Shown here one piece after another: positions 61,541 to 64,000 of a stretch of 64,000 nt of DNA. Under the pieces are notes generated by a model. That model searched no databases, had not been told where the DNA came from, and saw only the letters and a list, made by a program, of their open reading frames with translations. The stretch spans positions 208,258,001 to 208,322,000 of the forward strand of contig CM097885.1 in NCBI GenBank assembly GCA_044892525.1. The letters run 5' to 3'. Source of the stretch: Schmidtea polychroa (lineage: Eukaryota). The position numbers were made by a program, and so were the translations under genes. Numbering within the stretch: position 1 is the first letter of the stretch; every line of letters begins with the position of its first letter.

Positions 61541-63513
61541 TTTTTGTTTCCTTTAACCTTCTTTGCAGATTTATTCAAATACTCAAGTAACTTCTTTTCG
61601 TTTAATTTTTCAATTAATTCTTTTCTTCAAATCTTCTCCAATAATTATTCTTTACGATTGTTTCTTTACAATTGTTGGGTTAGAACTGATTTCTAGACCC
61701 AAAAAATTAAGTTCATTAGTGAAATATGTCGGTACACAACCCGCAACTCAGCACTAAGTTAATAAAAATCAAAACATATAAAACATCAATTAAACAATAA
61801 TAATAGGGAAAACAACACACAAAAATTAAAACATCCAAATAAAAATAAAATGAAACCCAACTCGAAGTATAGCACGAAATCTTACTCAGATACAACAGAA
61901 AAACATACAAACAACCAAAAAAACAAATCCGAATAATAGCGATTTAAAAGTTCAAAGAAAAGAATTAAATAAAAAATCTCTTAGGAAACTTATTTAGAGA
62001 AAATTACAGCAAATTTTAATTACAAAACCCAGAACAATCCATAAAAATGGCGAAATCCATCATGGCCGCGAACGACCTAATAAAAGTTATAAAAATAAAT
62101 ATTCTAATTAAAAAATAAAAATGGTTAAGAAATATTTACAAAAAAGAACTTCAAAATTAAGAATTAGATTAATGTTCTGGAAATGCCCAAAATCTATCAT
62201 GGAGGCAAATTTGGCAAAAAATCATTACAAAATAAAATTTTGAAAAATAAAATAAAAATTATAGCGAAAAAAGCGCCCAGAAAATTAGTAAAAATCAAAA
62301 ATCGAAAATTCTAGAATTAAAGTAATTCCGATTTGTTTTACTGCACTAATACATGCACACAAACTCGCATATCAAAATAAGGTATATATACCGATGCATT
62401 TCAGCACGACTATCTGGGGTACCCCACTCAGGAAAAAAATTGCATGTGGCAGCAATTACATAATATTTCTTCTGACTATCGTGAAAGGGTTTTGGTAATT
62501 TCTATACAAAATCCGATCCTCGTTAAAAGTCATGGATTTTCCTGACTATAGTGAGGCCTCGATGGGTTCTGGTAATTTCTATAGAAAAATCGATCCTCAT
62601 TAAAAACGCCATGGATTCCTCTGATTGGTTTATCAACCGGACTTTGAGCTTTTTGTTTCCTTTAACCTTCTTTGCAGATTTATTCAAATACTCAAGTAAC
62701 TTCTTTTCGTTTAATTTTTCAATTAATTCTTTTCTTCAAATCTTCTCCAATAATTATTCTTTACGATTGTTTCTTTACAATTGTTGGGTTAGAACTGATT
62801 TCTAGACCCAAAAAATTAAGTTCATTAGTGAAATATGTCGGTACACAACCCGCAACTCAGCACTAAGTTAATAAAAATCAAAACATATAAAACATCAATT
62901 AAACAATAATAATAGGGAAAACAACACACAAAAATTAAAACATCCAAATAAAAATAAAATGAAACCCAACTCGAAGTATAGCACGAAATCTTACTCAGAT
63001 ACAACAGAAAAACATACAAACAACCAAAAAAACAAATCCGAATAATAGCGATTTAAAAGTTCAAAGAAAAGAATTAAATAAAAAATCTCTTAGGAAACTT
63101 ATTTAGAGAAAATTACAGCAAATTTTAATTACAAAACCCAGAACAATCCATAAAAATGGCGAAATCCATCATGGCCGCGAACGACCTAATAAAAGTTATA
63201 AAAATAAATATTCTAATTAAAAAATAAAAATGGTTAAGAAATATTTACAAAAAAGAACTTCAAAATTAAGAATTAGATTAATGTTCTGGAAATGCCCAAA
63301 ATCTATCATGGAGGCAAATTTGGCAAAAAATCATTACAAAATAAAATTTTGAAAAATAAAATAAAAATTATAGCGAAAAAAGCGCCCAGAAAATTAGTAA
63401 AAATCAAAAATCGAAAATTCTAGAATTAAAGTAATTCCGATTTGTTTTACTGCACTAATACATGCACACAAACTCGCATATCAAAATAAGGTATATATAC
63501 CGATGCATTTCAG
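61293..63513. repeat. Apparently identical 1109-bp tandem duplication
   Basis: Identical ORF translations offset by 1109 (61442/62551, 61563/62672, 61716/62825); junction has CAG microhomology. Confidence 0.95.
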
Positions 63514-64000
63514 TCACAAAACACTCTTTTTTTGCCAAAAGTGAAAAACACTATTTGTTTCAAAGACTCTCTGTACCAAAAGTGAAACTCACTCTTTTTA
63601 AAGACGAATCACTTGTGTTACGCTATTTTTTCGAATTGAATTTGTGAACAGCGTTGAAAGAAGTAAGATTTTGTTTGTTAATATATGATTTAGTATGTGT
63701 ATATATGATTTCCTTTTCAATGACTTAGAAGGATTGATTGAGATCCCCGTTGTTGACAATTTCAACACGAGATCCCAACCAATCCAGCATCTTTGTTCAA
63801 GTATGAGGTCCACAACCTGCAAATGCAAGAAGTAAAATGATATACTAACCCGGAGTCGCGGTTGACTGCACTGTGTATACGGTGTAGTGTATCTGCTTAA
63901 AAATACTTCGTGGTGACCAACACAGTTGGTGATAAATATGTTCAAATTGATTTATTTGCGGTTACAGTGGGCTTTTTGGTTCGGCTGTAGCTGCACTTCT

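Noticed and set aside
63598-64000. GC-richer terminal segment and minus ORF 63598-63945
   Set aside because: No recognisable motif and truncated by the window edge.

Overview
This is very AT-rich eukaryotic (metazoan-like) DNA from a draft assembly, with N gaps at 6709-6854, 7535-7746, 8210-8403 and 18724-18863. I can support no conventional spliced housekeeping gene, rRNA, tRNA or CRISPR array. The window is mostly decayed mobile elements: a Tigger/pogo transposase, four hAT transposase remnants, a Tc1/IS630-like fragment, a Helitron 3' end, an R2/NeSL-type non-LTR fragment, piggyBac-like and hAT MITEs, and many TGTTGGG...CCCAACA-bounded LTR-like units (one with a 4-bp TSD). Two TRAF-type MATH sequences are clear: a full RING-ZnF-coiled coil-MATH pseudogene at 27.9-29.3 kb, and an unannotated minus-strand MATH core at 16.3-16.5 kb. 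Three things are not explained by these features. (1) A ~45-nt bulged hairpin within a ~140-nt conserved non-coding module occurs six times, with compensatory base changes and a conserved 8-nt bulge ARKAYCAA-like. (2) A family of coiled-coil/basic/acidic-tail ORFs (5 copies) with no domain I recognise lies just upstream of four of those hairpins. (3) An extremely A-skewed, intronless, single-strand cargo block (ankyrin, membrane protein, TRAF, coiled coil) spans 25.3-30.9 kb. Together these suggest a non-autonomous, gene-carrying LTR-like element family with a structured RNA signal; no gag or intact pol is present in the window. A planarian (Schmidtea/Dugesia-like) host fits the AT richness, AAT/AT microsatellites and multiple TRAF/MATH copies, but that is inference only. 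All alignments were made by eye and need computational confirmation.
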